Below are positions 41,760 through 54,165 of a DNA stretch of 64,000 nucleotides, in pieces. The translations under genes and the position numbers were made by a program. A model generated the notes under the pieces. It did not search any database and was not told the origin of the DNA. It was given only the letters and a program-made list of their open reading frames with translations. The stretch spans positions 18,352,001 through 18,416,000 of the forward strand of contig NC_043000.1 in assembly GCF_006345805.1 (NCBI RefSeq), given 5' to 3'. Each line of letters opens with the position of its first letter. Position 1 is the first letter of the stretch. This stretch comes from Octopus sinensis (lineage: Eukaryota).

Positions 41760-42575
41760 GGACATGCTGGACAAAATGCTTAGCAGTATTTTGTCTATCT
41801 TCATGTTCTGAGTTCAAATTCCACCAAGGTCGACTTTGCCTTTCATCCTTTCGGAATCAGTAAATTAAGTACCAGTTGCATACTGAGGTCGATCTAATTG
41901 ACTGGCCCCTTCCCCAAAATTTTGGGCCTTGTGCCTAGAGTAGAAAAGATTTCTATTTTAAGGCAACAAGCTGGCAGAAGCATTAGTACGCCGGGTAAAA
42001 TGCTTAGTGGTATTTCGTCTGTCTTTACGTTCTGAGTTCAAATTCTGCTGAGGTCGACTTTGCCTTTCATCCTTTCAGGGTCGATAAATTAAGTACCAGT
42101 TGCATACTAGGGGCTGATCTAATTGACTGGTCCCTCTCCCAAAATTTCAGGCCTTGTGCCTAGAGTAGAAAAGATTTCTATTTTAATGCAACAAGCTGGC
42201 AGAAACGTTAGTACACCGGGTAAAATGCTTCGTGGTATTTCATCTGCTGCTACGTTCTGAGTTCAAATTCCACCGAGGTCGACTTTGCCTTTCGGGATCG
42301 ATTAAACAAGTACCAGTTACGCACTGGGGTTGATATAATCAACTTAATCCATTTGTCTGTCCTTGTTTGTCCTCTCTGTGTTTAGCCCCTTGTGGGTGGT
42401 AAAGAAATAGGTATTTCATCTGTCTTTACGCTCTGAGTTCAAATTCCGCCGAGGTCAACTTTGCCTTTCATCCTTTCAGGGTCGATAAATTAAGTACCAG
42501 TTGCATACTGGGGGTTGATCTAATCGACTAGCCCCTCCCCCCAAATTTCAGGCCTTGTGCCTAGTGTAGAAAAGA
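41760..42575 (+). mobile_element. SINE family C cluster of 4 units mixing two tail types
   Basis: Repeated ggtatttc..gagttcaaattc..cctttcatcc; junction aagaaata|ggtatttc at about 42410. Confidence 0.85.
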
Positions 42576-42957
42576 ACTACTGAATGGAGCAACCTTGAAA
42601 TAATGAAAAAAAAAATGTAAAAAAAAGGTATTGGCAGGGTAATGCATACCACATGTGCAGGTAATTTTTTTTTGCAAATTATATTTTGGCTTACAATGCA
42701 TTGCTTACCCATGCTTTTTAATTGGACTGAATTAAGTTTTGTAAGTGTTTGACTAAACTTGCTTATTTGGAAATTTCTAAGTTGAATTCAAAAAAATTCT
42801 TTTTTTTTAAGTATCACCATTATAGGTATTTATACTCTGCTGAAATTAAGAAATCAACGCCTAAATAAACGAATCCCTTGAATCCATCACTGTACACACA
42901 CACACACACACACACGCATGCACAGTCACATATCTATATATGTATTTATATATGTTT

Positions 42958-43197
42958 GGCACGTAAAAAGCACCATCCGTTCGTGGCCGTTTGCCAGCTC
43001 CATCTGGCACCTGTGCGGGTGGCACGTAAAAAGCACCCACTACACTCATGGAGTGGTTGGCGTTAGGAAGGGCATCCAGCTGTAGAAACACTGGCAGATC
43101 AGACTGGGCCTGGTGCAGCCTTCTGGCTTCACAGACCCCAGTTGAACCGTCCAACCCATGCTAGCATGGAAAGCGGACGCTAAATGATGATGATGAA
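42958..43197 (+). mobile_element. (GAT)n-tailed LINE 3' end
   Basis: Family motifs. Confidence 0.85.
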
Positions 43198-43604
43198 GAT
43201 AATCAAACCAAATTTTCATCATTTTGAGACACTCACCTAGTGAGTATTTTTGCTAAATTTGGTGAAAATCCATTCAGCCATTTTCCAGTAATTTTGCAAA
43301 CACACAGACAAACAGACAAAGATGAGTGATTACAATACCCTGTTTTCACTAACGTGTGCAGGGTAAAAAAGAAAAAAAAGAAAATATTTTTTTCTGACTT
43401 TAGCACTAGGTCAGTAATTTTGAGGGGAAAGGTTAAGTCAGTTACATTGACCCCAGTGCTGAACTGGTACTTATCTTATTGACCCTGATAGGATGAAAGG
43501 CAAAACTGACCTTGGTTAATTTTGAGCTCAGAAAGTTATGAGTTAGAAGAAATACTGCAAAGTATTGTTTTCCAACACTCTAACAATTCTGCCAGCTTGC
43601 TATC

Positions 43605-43860
43605 TTAACCCTTTCGATACCAACCCAGCTGAAACTGGCTCTGGTTCTGTAGTATAAATGTCTTGTTTTCATAAGTTTTCAATTAAAATCTTCCACCAAA
43701 CTTTAGTCACAATTCACGTTCTGAACACTAGCTTAATGATAACTAAGTTATTTTACTAAATTCTTTGTGATATTTAAAATTAATTGGAATAAACACAGAG
43801 CATCTCAACAGAAATATGGTTATTAACATCTTAAAATAAACACAATAACAAGAGGGTTAA
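43605..43860. mobile_element. TTAA-flanked piggyBac-like MITE
   Basis: Starts ttaa|ccct, ends aggg|ttaa. Confidence 0.6.
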
Positions 43861-44327
43861 ATATCATTAATATTGAAAAGAGGTATTACCTATCATGGAT
43901 TTGTGACATTATGTCACATTTCAAAGGTCATGCTTTTGCAATCTAACGGCAAGAGATGAGATAACTACAAAATACCTGCTGAACTAAAGCAACAGTGAAG
44001 CCAGTAAAGATACAATGGAAAATGTCAATTATGAAATATATCTGTGGAAGACATTACAAGTGATCAGCAGTTTCAGAAAAATGCTATCAAGTTTCTACCT
44101 TTCCATGTCACATGACATTGTTGCTAAAACAATACACAATGTCATGCATTGAAAGGACTGACATGAGACAAACATAAAAAGATAAATTATTTTGTCATGT
44201 TGAGCATACAACATAAATCATGTGATTTTGGGTTCAGTCCCACTGCATGGCACCTTGGGCCTAGGCTGATCAAAGCCTTGTGAGTGCATTTGGTAGATAG
44301 AAACTGAAAGATGCCCATGGTAAATAT

Positions 44328-44850
44328 ATCATCATCATCATCATCATCATTTAGCGTCCGCTTTCCATGCTAGCATGGGTTGGACGGTTCAACTGGGGTC
44401 TGTGAAGCCAGAAGGCTGCATCGGCCCAGTCTGATCTGGCAGTGTTTCTACGGCTGGATGCCCTTCCTAATGCCAACCACTCCGTGAGTGCAGTGGGTGC
44501 TTTTTACGTGCCACCCGCACAGGTGCCAGACGGAGATATATATATATTCATATATAATTATGGTTCCACTTAAAAGTACTTATGCAGTGTCACATAAAAG
44601 TGCCCATGTGGTACTGTGTAAAAGCACCCATGCAGTGCCACTGCCACATAAAAGTGCCTGTGCAGTGTTATGTAAAAGCACCCAGCACTCTGTGAACTGG
44701 TTGGCATTAGGAAGGGTCATCCAGCCAAAGAAACCATGCCAAATCAGACTGGGGCTTGGTGCAGCTCCCCAGCTTGTCAGCTCTGGTCAAATCATCCAAC
44801 CCATAACATGGACAATGGACGTTAAATGATGACGATAATGATGATGATAT
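44328..44850. mobile_element. Two divergently oriented (GAT)n-tailed LINE 3' ends (44328-44535 minus; about 44560-44850 plus)
   Basis: Family motifs on opposite strands, tails pointing outward. Confidence 0.75.
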
Positions 44851-44852
44851 AT

Positions 44853-45240
44853 GAATGGAAGCACTCCATCGGTTACGACGACAAGGGTTCCGGTTGATCC
44901 GAATCAACGGAACAGCCTGCTCGTGAAATTAACGTGTAAGTGGCTGAGCACTCCACAGACACGTGTACCCTTAACGTAGTTCTCGGGGATATTCAGCGTG
45001 ACACAGAGAGTGACAAGGCCGGCCTTTTGAAATACAGGTACAACAGAAACAGGAAGTAAGAGTGAGAGAAAGTTGTGGTGAAAGAGTACAGCAGGGATCA
45101 CCACCATCCCCTGCCGGAGCCTCGTGGAGCTTTAGGTGTTTTGGCTCAATAAACACTCACAACGCCCGGTCTGGGAATCGAAACCGCGATCCTATGACCG
45201 CGAGTCCGCTGCCCTAACCACTGGGCCATTGCGCCTCCAC
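44853..45240 (-). mobile_element. SINE family A, long tail, 11-bp TSD
   Basis: tgatgatatat at 44842-44852 and 45241-45251. Confidence 0.9.
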
Positions 45241-45383
45241 TGATGATATATATTGGCTTCTTGAGCAAAACACTTCATTTCATGTTACTCTGCAATGACT
45301 TTGATGTCTGATGTACAATCATTTGTACTAGTGCAGACAATGTTGATTATGAGGTGGGAGCGAGCTAATATGCAGTATAAATA

Positions 45384-45542
45384 TTTGATCATTAGAAACA
45401 AATCATTATGTTGATTGTTCAGCAAGGAATTGCAGATCCCTCATCAATATAAATTAGGGACTCCCCTGTCATAAACCGCTGATGAAGGTCCCACAATTTT
45501 TTGCTGAACAATGTATATAATGATTTGTTTATAATGATCAAA
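45384..45542. mobile_element. Fold-back/MITE with ~49-bp arms
   Basis: tttgatcattagaaacaaatcatta..ttgttcagcaa..ttg / caa..ttgctgaacaa..taatgatttgtttataatgatcaaa. Confidence 0.7.
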
Positions 45543-45748
45543 TGCTTGTGCTGCATGTTAGCTTGCTCCCACCATCAAAATGACATTGCCTCATATCAGA
45601 TGTTAAAGTAAATGGAGAGCAACATGAAATGAAGTGTTTTGCTCAAAATGCAATGCGCTACTTGGTCTGGGAATCGAAGCCACAATCTTATAATCATGAG
45701 TGGAACGACCTGACCACTAGACTACATGCCTTCCAATACATACATATC

Positions 45749-45817
<69 letters not shown>

Positions 45818-45818
45818 G

Positions 45819-45902
<84 letters not shown>

Positions 45903-46105
45903 ATGTATATATATATGTATATATATGTATATATATGATATATACATATATATATGTATATATATGATATATACATATATACATACATGCATACATACAT
46001 ACATATGTATATATCATATATATATATATATAATATATATATATATATATCATCATCATCATCATCATCATCATTTAGCATCTGCATTCCATGCTGGTGT
46101 AGATT

Positions 46106-46225
46106 AAATGGTTTGACCGGAAATAATAAACTCGAAAGCTGCACCAAGTTCCAGTCTGATTTGACATAGTTTCCACAGCTGGATGCTCTTCATAACACCA
46201 ACTACTCCAAGAGTGTAATATATAC

Positions 46226-46302
<77 letters not shown>

Positions 46303-46503
46303 GTGTGTGTGTAAAGTGATATGTAAATGTAAGATCCAAGGATCTAAGTGCAGGAAGTTACCAAGTTTTGAGCAGTCCTTGGAAGGTATAAAAGGCATCT
46401 TTCAGGAACAGTAGTTAAGTAATTATTTCTTCCAATGTTCTGCTAGCTAGGAAACATATGTGACCTAGATTTTACCTGCTCCATTCCCTCAATTTAGATT
46501 ATA

Positions 46504-46534
<31 letters not shown>

Positions 46535-46829
46535 AAGTAATTAGATAAAGATAGTAATGGCTTGTCTATATGGTTACCCAGGGTTTCATGTCCATAAAGT
46601 ACCTAGTTTTTACAGTATTTCTTCAAACCCTAATAGCAGGTGGCCTATAACCATAAGAGAAGTTATAGGTCCCTAGCCATTAGGGTCTAAAGAAATGATG
46701 TTAAGCTAAGTGCTTTATGGATGTGAAATGCTAAGTAACCTCATACAACAGCCATAACTACCTTTATCTAAATACTCTACTGCTCTATAACTTAGAGTAT
46801 GTTTCTCTTTTGGATGTATGATTTATTGA

Positions 46830-46865
<36 letters not shown>

Positions 46866-47214
46866 TTAATGCCCGCTTTCCATGCTGATATGGGTTGGAC
46901 GGTTTGACTGAGGACTGGTGAGCCAGATGGCTGCACCAGGCCCCAGTCTGATCTGGCAGAGTTTCTACAGCTGGATGCCCTTCCTAACACCAACCACTCC
47001 GAGAGTGTAGTGGGTGCTTTTACGTGCCACTGGCACGAGGGCCAGCCAGTTGGTACTGGCATCGGCCATGCTCAAATGGGGTTTTTTATGTGCCACCTGC
47101 ACAGGAGCCAGTCCAGCAGCACTGGCAACGACCTCACTCAAATATTGTTTTTCATGTGCCACCAGCATAAGTGCCAGTCATGCAGTGCTGTCATCGAAAT
47201 ATATATACATATAT

Positions 47215-47280
<66 letters not shown>

Positions 47281-47410
47281 TTCGAGACAAATGGTTTGAC
47301 CGGAAATAATAAACTCGAAAGCTGCACCAAGTTCCAGTCTGATTTGACATAGTTTCCACAGCTGGATGCCCCTCATAACACCAACTACTCCAAGAGTGTA
47401 ATATATACAT

Positions 47411-47441
<31 letters not shown>

Positions 47442-47578
47442 AAAGTGATATGTAAATGTAAGATCCAAGGATCTAAGTGCAGGAAGTTACCAAGTTTTGA
47501 GCAGTCCTTGGAAGGTATAAAAGGCATCTTTCAGGAACAGTAGTTAAGTAATTATTTCTTCCAATGTTCTGCTAGCTA
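46106..47578 (+). repeat. Local direct duplication (46106-46449 = 47290-47578)
   Basis: aaatggtttgaccggaaataataaactcg..ccaatgttctgctagcta near-identical except for (AT)n length. Confidence 0.9.
46830..47200 (-). mobile_element. (GAT)n-tailed LINE 3' end
   Basis: Family motifs. Confidence 0.8.
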
Positions 47579-47754
47579 TTTACTTTATATTAAAATTTTT
47601 ATGTATTGATTAAGTCTTTCCTTGTTTGTTTTGCAAAATAGTGGTTTTGTCTCGAATTAATATTATATAATATTTTACTATAAAATTGGATTTAATTCTA
47701 AATCTGATTTTTTCCCTGTAAATTTGGATTTATTCCCTAATATTTATTATTATT

Positions 47755-47815
<61 letters not shown>

Positions 47816-47959
47816 TTGTCGTAAGGAAGTGCATCCAGCCATAGAAAGTATGCCAATAGGTCTGGAGTCTGGTGCTGCCCCTCAGCTTACCAGCCCTGGT
47901 CAAACCGACCAATGCATGCCATCCTGAACAATGAACATTAACATGCACAAACATGCATA

Positions 47960-48215
47960 TATGAAGCTGATAGGTGATCCATAACTCTGTGACATACAAG
48001 AGAAGAGTCAGAATGATAGCTTTATATCCAAAAAACTTAGTCTCTTTCTTCAGAACACAATTGTTCCTGTCTCCTGAATGCACTGTTTGCCCTGGCCATT
48101 CTGTTGTCAACTTCCTTGTCAATTTTAACATCCGATGAGATGGTGTACCCTAGGCAGGTGAAGGGGTTGACTGTCTTTAGTTCAGTTTCTCCAAGGCTGA
48201 TGTGAAGTGGGTGGT
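47960..48215 (-). mobile_element. RTE (BovB-like) RT C-terminal fragment
   Basis: ELKTVNPFTCLGYTISSDVKIDKEVDNRMARANSAF..LKKETK..YKAIILTLLLY..WITY. Confidence 0.8.
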
Positions 48216-48227
48216 ATTCCCACAACG

Positions 48228-48470
48228 GTATGGTGGCGAGCTGGCAGAAACGTTAGCACGCTGTGCGAAATGCTTAGCGGTATTTCGTCTGCTGCTATGT
48301 TCTGAGTTCAAATTCCGCCGGGGTCGACTTTGCCTTTCATCCTTTCGGGGTCGATTAAATAAGTACCAGTTATGCACTGGGGTCGATATTATCGACTTAA
48401 TCCGTTTGTCTGTCCTTGTTTGTCCTCTCTGTGTTTAGTCCCTTGTGGGTAGTAAAGAAATAGGTATGTT
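48228..48470 (+). mobile_element. SINE family C
   Basis: Full head and body; ends aagaaataggtat. Confidence 0.85.
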
Positions 48471-48494
48471 CTTGCTACTGGTCATGAAATCTGG

Positions 48495-48995
48495 CTTCTC
48501 ACTACTGCCCTCCAGACAATAAACTCCTTTGAAGGACCATTCTCGCAGACAGAAGAAAAAGGAAGAAAAGCAAGAACATTGTGACCAACTCTGATCAGCC
48601 CACCTTCACATGCAGCATGTGGTGTTACCGGTGTTATGGGCTGTGATGAGCTATGTGGTGTTGGTGGAGAGGATTGTAGATGAGGTAAAAGGGAAGTGAA
48701 GACTGCAGGGGCAGGCGGAAGAGCCACAGGGGCATGCGTGGGCAGGAAGTACGTGTGGTCAGTTCAAACAGAGACGGCAGGGAGCAAAGGCATGTTTATC
48801 ACTTGAGAGTGATCGTTCATTCTGCCGAGGTCAACAGGTAAGGCCCTTTGTATTTCTTTCTCCCATTTGCTTCTTTTTCAGTTGCTCTTTTCTTCCATCA
48901 CACTACACAGCCTCTACAGTTGTGTCTTGTCAGGGATGAAGAAGCCTGCAACAGACATGGGCATTTCACTCTGCAAATCTTTGCTCATGAAGCCA
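48495..48995 (+). mobile_element. RTE 3' end remnant (C-terminal FTC motif and 3'UTR) with an unexplained internal segment
   Basis: INSFE..DRRKRKKSKN..DQPTFTCSMWC; aatctttgctcatgaagccaagc near 48975. Confidence 0.45.
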
Positions 48996-49239
48996 AGCTA
49001 AACAGATGTGTGTGTGTGTGTGTGTGCATGCTCTTCCTAGTCTTGGTATTGTGTGATAGTCGTAAATGTGTGTTACTGTTATACAAGCAGTGTCATTCAC
49101 TTCTAATCTTTCATGAAAACGGGTTAGATTACGGGGAAATGTTACCTTGCTTGACAACAAGAGGGGTGCCCAGTCATAGAAAATCTGCCTTAATGAATTC
49201 TCTAACCCATGCCCGCTTGAATAAGTGGCTGTTAGAATC

Positions 49240-49253
49240 ATGACGACGACGAC

Positions 49254-49288
<35 letters not shown>

Positions 49289-49487
49289 CGACGACGACGA
49301 CGACGATGATGATGATGATGATGATGGTGATGATGATGGTGATGATGATGATGGTGATGATGATGATGGTGATGGTGATGATGATGATGATGATGATAGT
49401 GGTGGTGGTGATGATGATGATGATGATTATGATGATGATGGTGATGATGATTATGATGATGATGATGACGACAACGACGACGACGAC

Positions 49488-49538
<51 letters not shown>

Positions 49539-50200
49539 AGTGGTGATGAAGATTATTATGAAGATAATGGTAATGCTGAGGAATCATTGCCACATTTGGT
49601 TAAGTTATTAAAAGCAGGGGTTTTCGGAAAAAGGTGGTGGGGACACATTTTAATATATTATCTGAAAATTTCAGCTGTATCTTTCTTTTTTTCAATTTAG
49701 CATATAAACATTTGTTGTTATTGTTGTTGTTGTTGTTGTTGTCTAAATTCCGGTGACGTAACTTTGTTTTCCTAGTCACAAAATATTTCCTACTCACAAG
49801 AAGTTCAAAGGATTTAAAAATAGAAAGAGAAAACACTCTCAGCCAGACAGGCATACATATGTAAGTACAGACGTACGTACGTACATATATGTATATATAC
49901 ATACATACATACATTCATACACACATACACACATACGTACATACATACATACAGCCATACACACATACATACATACAAACATACATTCATACATACATAC
50001 ATGCATACATACATACATACATATATGCATACATACATACACACATACATACATACATACATACATACATACATACATAAATACATTCATACACACATAC
50101 ACACATACATACATACACACATACTACATACATACATACACACATACAGCCATACACACATACACACATACACACATACAAACATACATACATACATACA

Positions 50201-50233
<33 letters not shown>

Positions 50234-50402
50234 GCATACATACATGCATACATACATACATATATACATACATACATACATACATACACACATACATACA
50301 TACATACATACATACATGCATACATACATACATACATACCACACACACACATACATACATACATACATACAAACATACATACATACATACATACACACAC
50401 AC

Positions 50403-50435
<33 letters not shown>

Positions 50436-50480
50436 CACACATACATACACACACACACATACATACATACATACATACAT

Positions 50481-50517
<37 letters not shown>

Positions 50518-50677
50518 TACATACATACATACATACATACATAATACATACATACATACACACACACATACATACATATAGCATAAGTGAAAGAATTTGA
50601 GAATAAAATGTTTAGCAAGAAAGTTACAAAGTTTCAGAGAGAATGATGGATAGATAGGTAGATAGAAAGATAGAGAT

Positions 50678-50714
<37 letters not shown>

Positions 50715-50964
50715 GAAACAGGTTTGGTGGGGGAGAGATAAAAATGAGAGCGAGAAATAAAGAGTTTTATAGAGAGGGAGTTAGTGTGGTATAGAGACAG
50801 AGAAAGAGAGGGAGAAGGCAGAAAGTGTGACATGGACAGGGGCATACATACGTACATACATACACACACACATACATACATACATACATACATACATACA
50901 CACATACATACATACATACATACATACATGCATGCATGCATACATACATACATAAATACATGCA

Positions 50965-51032
<68 letters not shown>

Positions 51033-51086
51033 CTCTCTCTCTATCTATCTATCTTTCTATCGATCTATTCTATCTATCTATATATA

Positions 51087-51117
<31 letters not shown>

Positions 51118-51224
51118 ATCTATCTATCTATATCTATCTCTATCTATCTATCTATATCTATCTATCTATCTATCTTCTATCTATCTATCTATCTATATCT
51201 CTCTCTATCTATCTATCCATCTCC

Positions 51225-51277
<53 letters not shown>

Positions 51278-51695
51278 CCTATCTGTCTGTCTGTGTGTGT
51301 GGTGTGCGTGTGTGTGCATGTACGTGTGTACATATACATACGCACACACAAAGTATGATAGTGAGAGAAAGAGTGATAGAAGGAGAGATGTAAAGCGTAT
51401 TAGAGAGAAGTCTTCAGAGATATAGGATGATCAGAAAAGTCAGCACAATAAAAACAAAACAGTAGTTTCTATCTACAGAAACACAAAATTGTAATCTTTA
51501 CATATCATTTACTATTTTACATGCCTGAAACTTATATAAATAGATTTTTCAAATTGTCTGACAAACGATTCCCCCCACCACCCCCTTTTTGTCTATTTCT
51601 TTTACTTTCTTACTCTTACTGTCTATCTCTATGTCTACGTTTGTTTGTTTATCTATCTTTGTCTGTCTGTCTGCCTATCTATCCATCCATCCATC

Positions 51696-51726
<31 letters not shown>

Positions 51727-51735
51727 CTATCTATA

Positions 51736-51783
<48 letters not shown>

Positions 51784-51806
51784 GTCTGTCTGTCTGTCTG
51801 TCTATC

Positions 51807-51859
<53 letters not shown>

Positions 51860-52195
51860 GTATCTATCTATCTTTCTATCTAGCAAGCTAGCTAACTAGC
51901 TGTCTGTCTGTCTATCTATCTACATATCTATATATCTATTTATTTATTTATTTATCTATCTATCTATGTATCTATCTATCTGTTCTATACGTGTATATGT
52001 CTGTCTGTGTGTACGTATACATGTATGTATGTATGTATGTATGTATGTATGTATGTATGTATGTATGTATGTATGTATGTCTGCATGTATGTATGTATGT
52101 ATGTATGTATGTATGTATGTATGTATGTATGATGTATGTATGCATGTATGTATGTATGTATGTATGTATGTATGTATGTGTGTATGTATGTACAT
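49240..52195. repeat. Run of (GAT)n, (CATA)n, (GA)n, (TCTA)n and (TATG)n arrays with short unique spacers
   Basis: Direct reading. Confidence 0.9.
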
Positions 52196-52526
52196 GCTGA
52201 CATCACTGAAATTATAAAAATAGATTTTTAATGTTTCTGTTTCTCTCTGGCAGTCTGTAAGTCTCCCTCTCTCCCTCTCTCTCTGTCTGCTTATCTGCCT
52301 TTCTCTCTGTCTCTCTAACAAATGCCTGAAGATAAGGAAGGAGCTTCTTTGTAATCACTCAGCTTGCTAGAAACACCAGCTAAATCATCCTCAATTCACA
52401 CCCTGCCATCTAAAATAATAGCGGTACTTTGCATAAACTAATCAATGATATACAGAAGCATGTGATTGAACACTTTTGATCCTAGGTGTGTCTGACTGGA
52501 GCTGACACTGGGCAGAAACAACATAG

Positions 52527-53856
52527 GCGAACTCGCAGAAACATTAACACACCGGGCGAAGTGCTTTGCGGTATTTCGTCTGCTGCTACATTCTGAGTTC
52601 AAATTCCGCCGAGGTTGACTTTGCCTTTCATCCTTTCAGGGTCGATAAATAAAGTACCAGTTACGCACTGGGGTCGATGTAATCGACTTAATCCGTTTGT
52701 CTGTCCTTGTTTGTCCTCTCTATGTTTAGCCCCTTGTGGGTAGTGAAGAAATAGGTATTTTGTCTGGCACTACGTTCTGAGTTCAAATTCCGCCGAGGTC
52801 GATTTTGCTTTTCATCCTTTCGGGGTCGATAAATTAAGTACCAGTTACGCACTGGGGTCGATGTAATTGACTTAATCCATTTGTCTGTCCTTGTTTGTCC
52901 TCTCTGTGTTTAGCCCCTTATGGGAAGTAAAGAAATAGGTATTTCGTCTACTGTTACGTTCTGATTTCAAATTCCGCTGAGGTCGATTTTGCCTTTCATC
53001 CTTTCGGGGTCGATAAATTAAGTACCAGTTACGCACTGGGGTCGATGTAATCGACTTATCCCTTTGTCTGTCCTTGTTTGTCCTCTCTGTGTTAGCCCCT
53101 TTGGGAAGTAAAGAAATAGGTATTTCGTCTACTGTTACGTTCTGATTTCAAATTCCGCTGATGTCGATTTTGCCTTTTTACATCCTTCAGGGTCGATAAA
53201 TTAAGTATCCAGTAACGCACTGGGATCGATCTAATCGACTTAATCCCTTTGTCTGTCCTTGTTTGTCCCCTCTGTGTTTAGCCCCTTATGGGTAAGAAAT
53301 AGGTTTTCGTCTACTGTTACGTTCTGAGTTCAAATTCCACCGAGGTCGATTTTGCCTTTCATCCTTTCAGTGTCGATAAATTAAGTACCAGTTACGCACT
53401 GGGGTCGATGTAATCGACTTAATCCATTTGCCTGTCCTTGTTTGTCCCCTCTGTGTGTAACCCCTTATGGGAAGTAAAGAAATAGGCATTTCGTCTGCTG
53501 TTACGTTCTGAGTTCAAATTCCACCGAGGTCGATTTTGCCTTTCATCCTTTCAGGGTCGATAAATTAAGTACCAGTTACGCACTGGGGTCGATGTAATCG
53601 ACTTAATCCCTTTGTCTGTCCTTGTTTGTCCCCTCTGTGTTTAGCCCCTTATGGGAAGTAAAGAAATAGGTATTTCGTCTACTGTTACGTTCTGAGTTCA
53701 AATTCCACCGAGGTCGATTTTGCCTTTCATCCTTTCAGGGTCGATAAATTAAGTACCAGTTACGCACTGGGGTCGATGTAATCGACTTAATCCCTTTGTC
53801 TGTCCTTGTTTGTCCCCTCTGTGTTTAGCCCCTTATGGGAAGTAAAGAAATAAGAA
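52527..53856 (+). repeat. SINE-C-derived tandem array: one head + 7 units of 181-184 bp
   Basis: Units start at 52570, 52754, 52938, 53119, 53302, 53485, 53669; ends aagaaataagaa. Confidence 0.92.
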
Positions 53857-54103
53857 ACAACATACACAACAATTTACCTGTGTTTTATGTATGCTTGTGT
53901 GTATGTTTGCTTTTATCCTTGTATGTGTGAATTTATATATGTATCAATGAGTGCGTTTGCATAGTTATGTACAAGTTGGTGTGTGCGTGTGTGTGTGTAT
54001 GTGTGTGTGTGTGTGTGAGTGCATGTGCATAAAAAGCATCACCACCACAACCACCACCTCCCCCTCCTCTCCCTCCTCATCATCATCGTCGTTGTTGTTC
54101 TCG

Positions 54104-54165
<62 letters not shown>

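Noticed and set aside
42640-43370. Possible Helentron/HINE-like element around the 42958-43197 insertion
   Set aside because: Only a suggestive 3' end (tacaataccctg..gcagggtaaaa) is visible; the 5' end could not be defined.
48838-48881. GT..AG mini-intron-like segment (gtaagg..tttttcag)
   Set aside because: It is only 44 nt, with no supportable flanking ORF, and sits inside a probable retroelement remnant.
52570-53856. CRISPR-like or hammerhead-retrozyme interpretation of the 184-bp array
   Set aside because: There are no unique spacers or cas genes, and the context is eukaryotic. No CUGANGA..GAAA core was found by eye on either strand of the unit.
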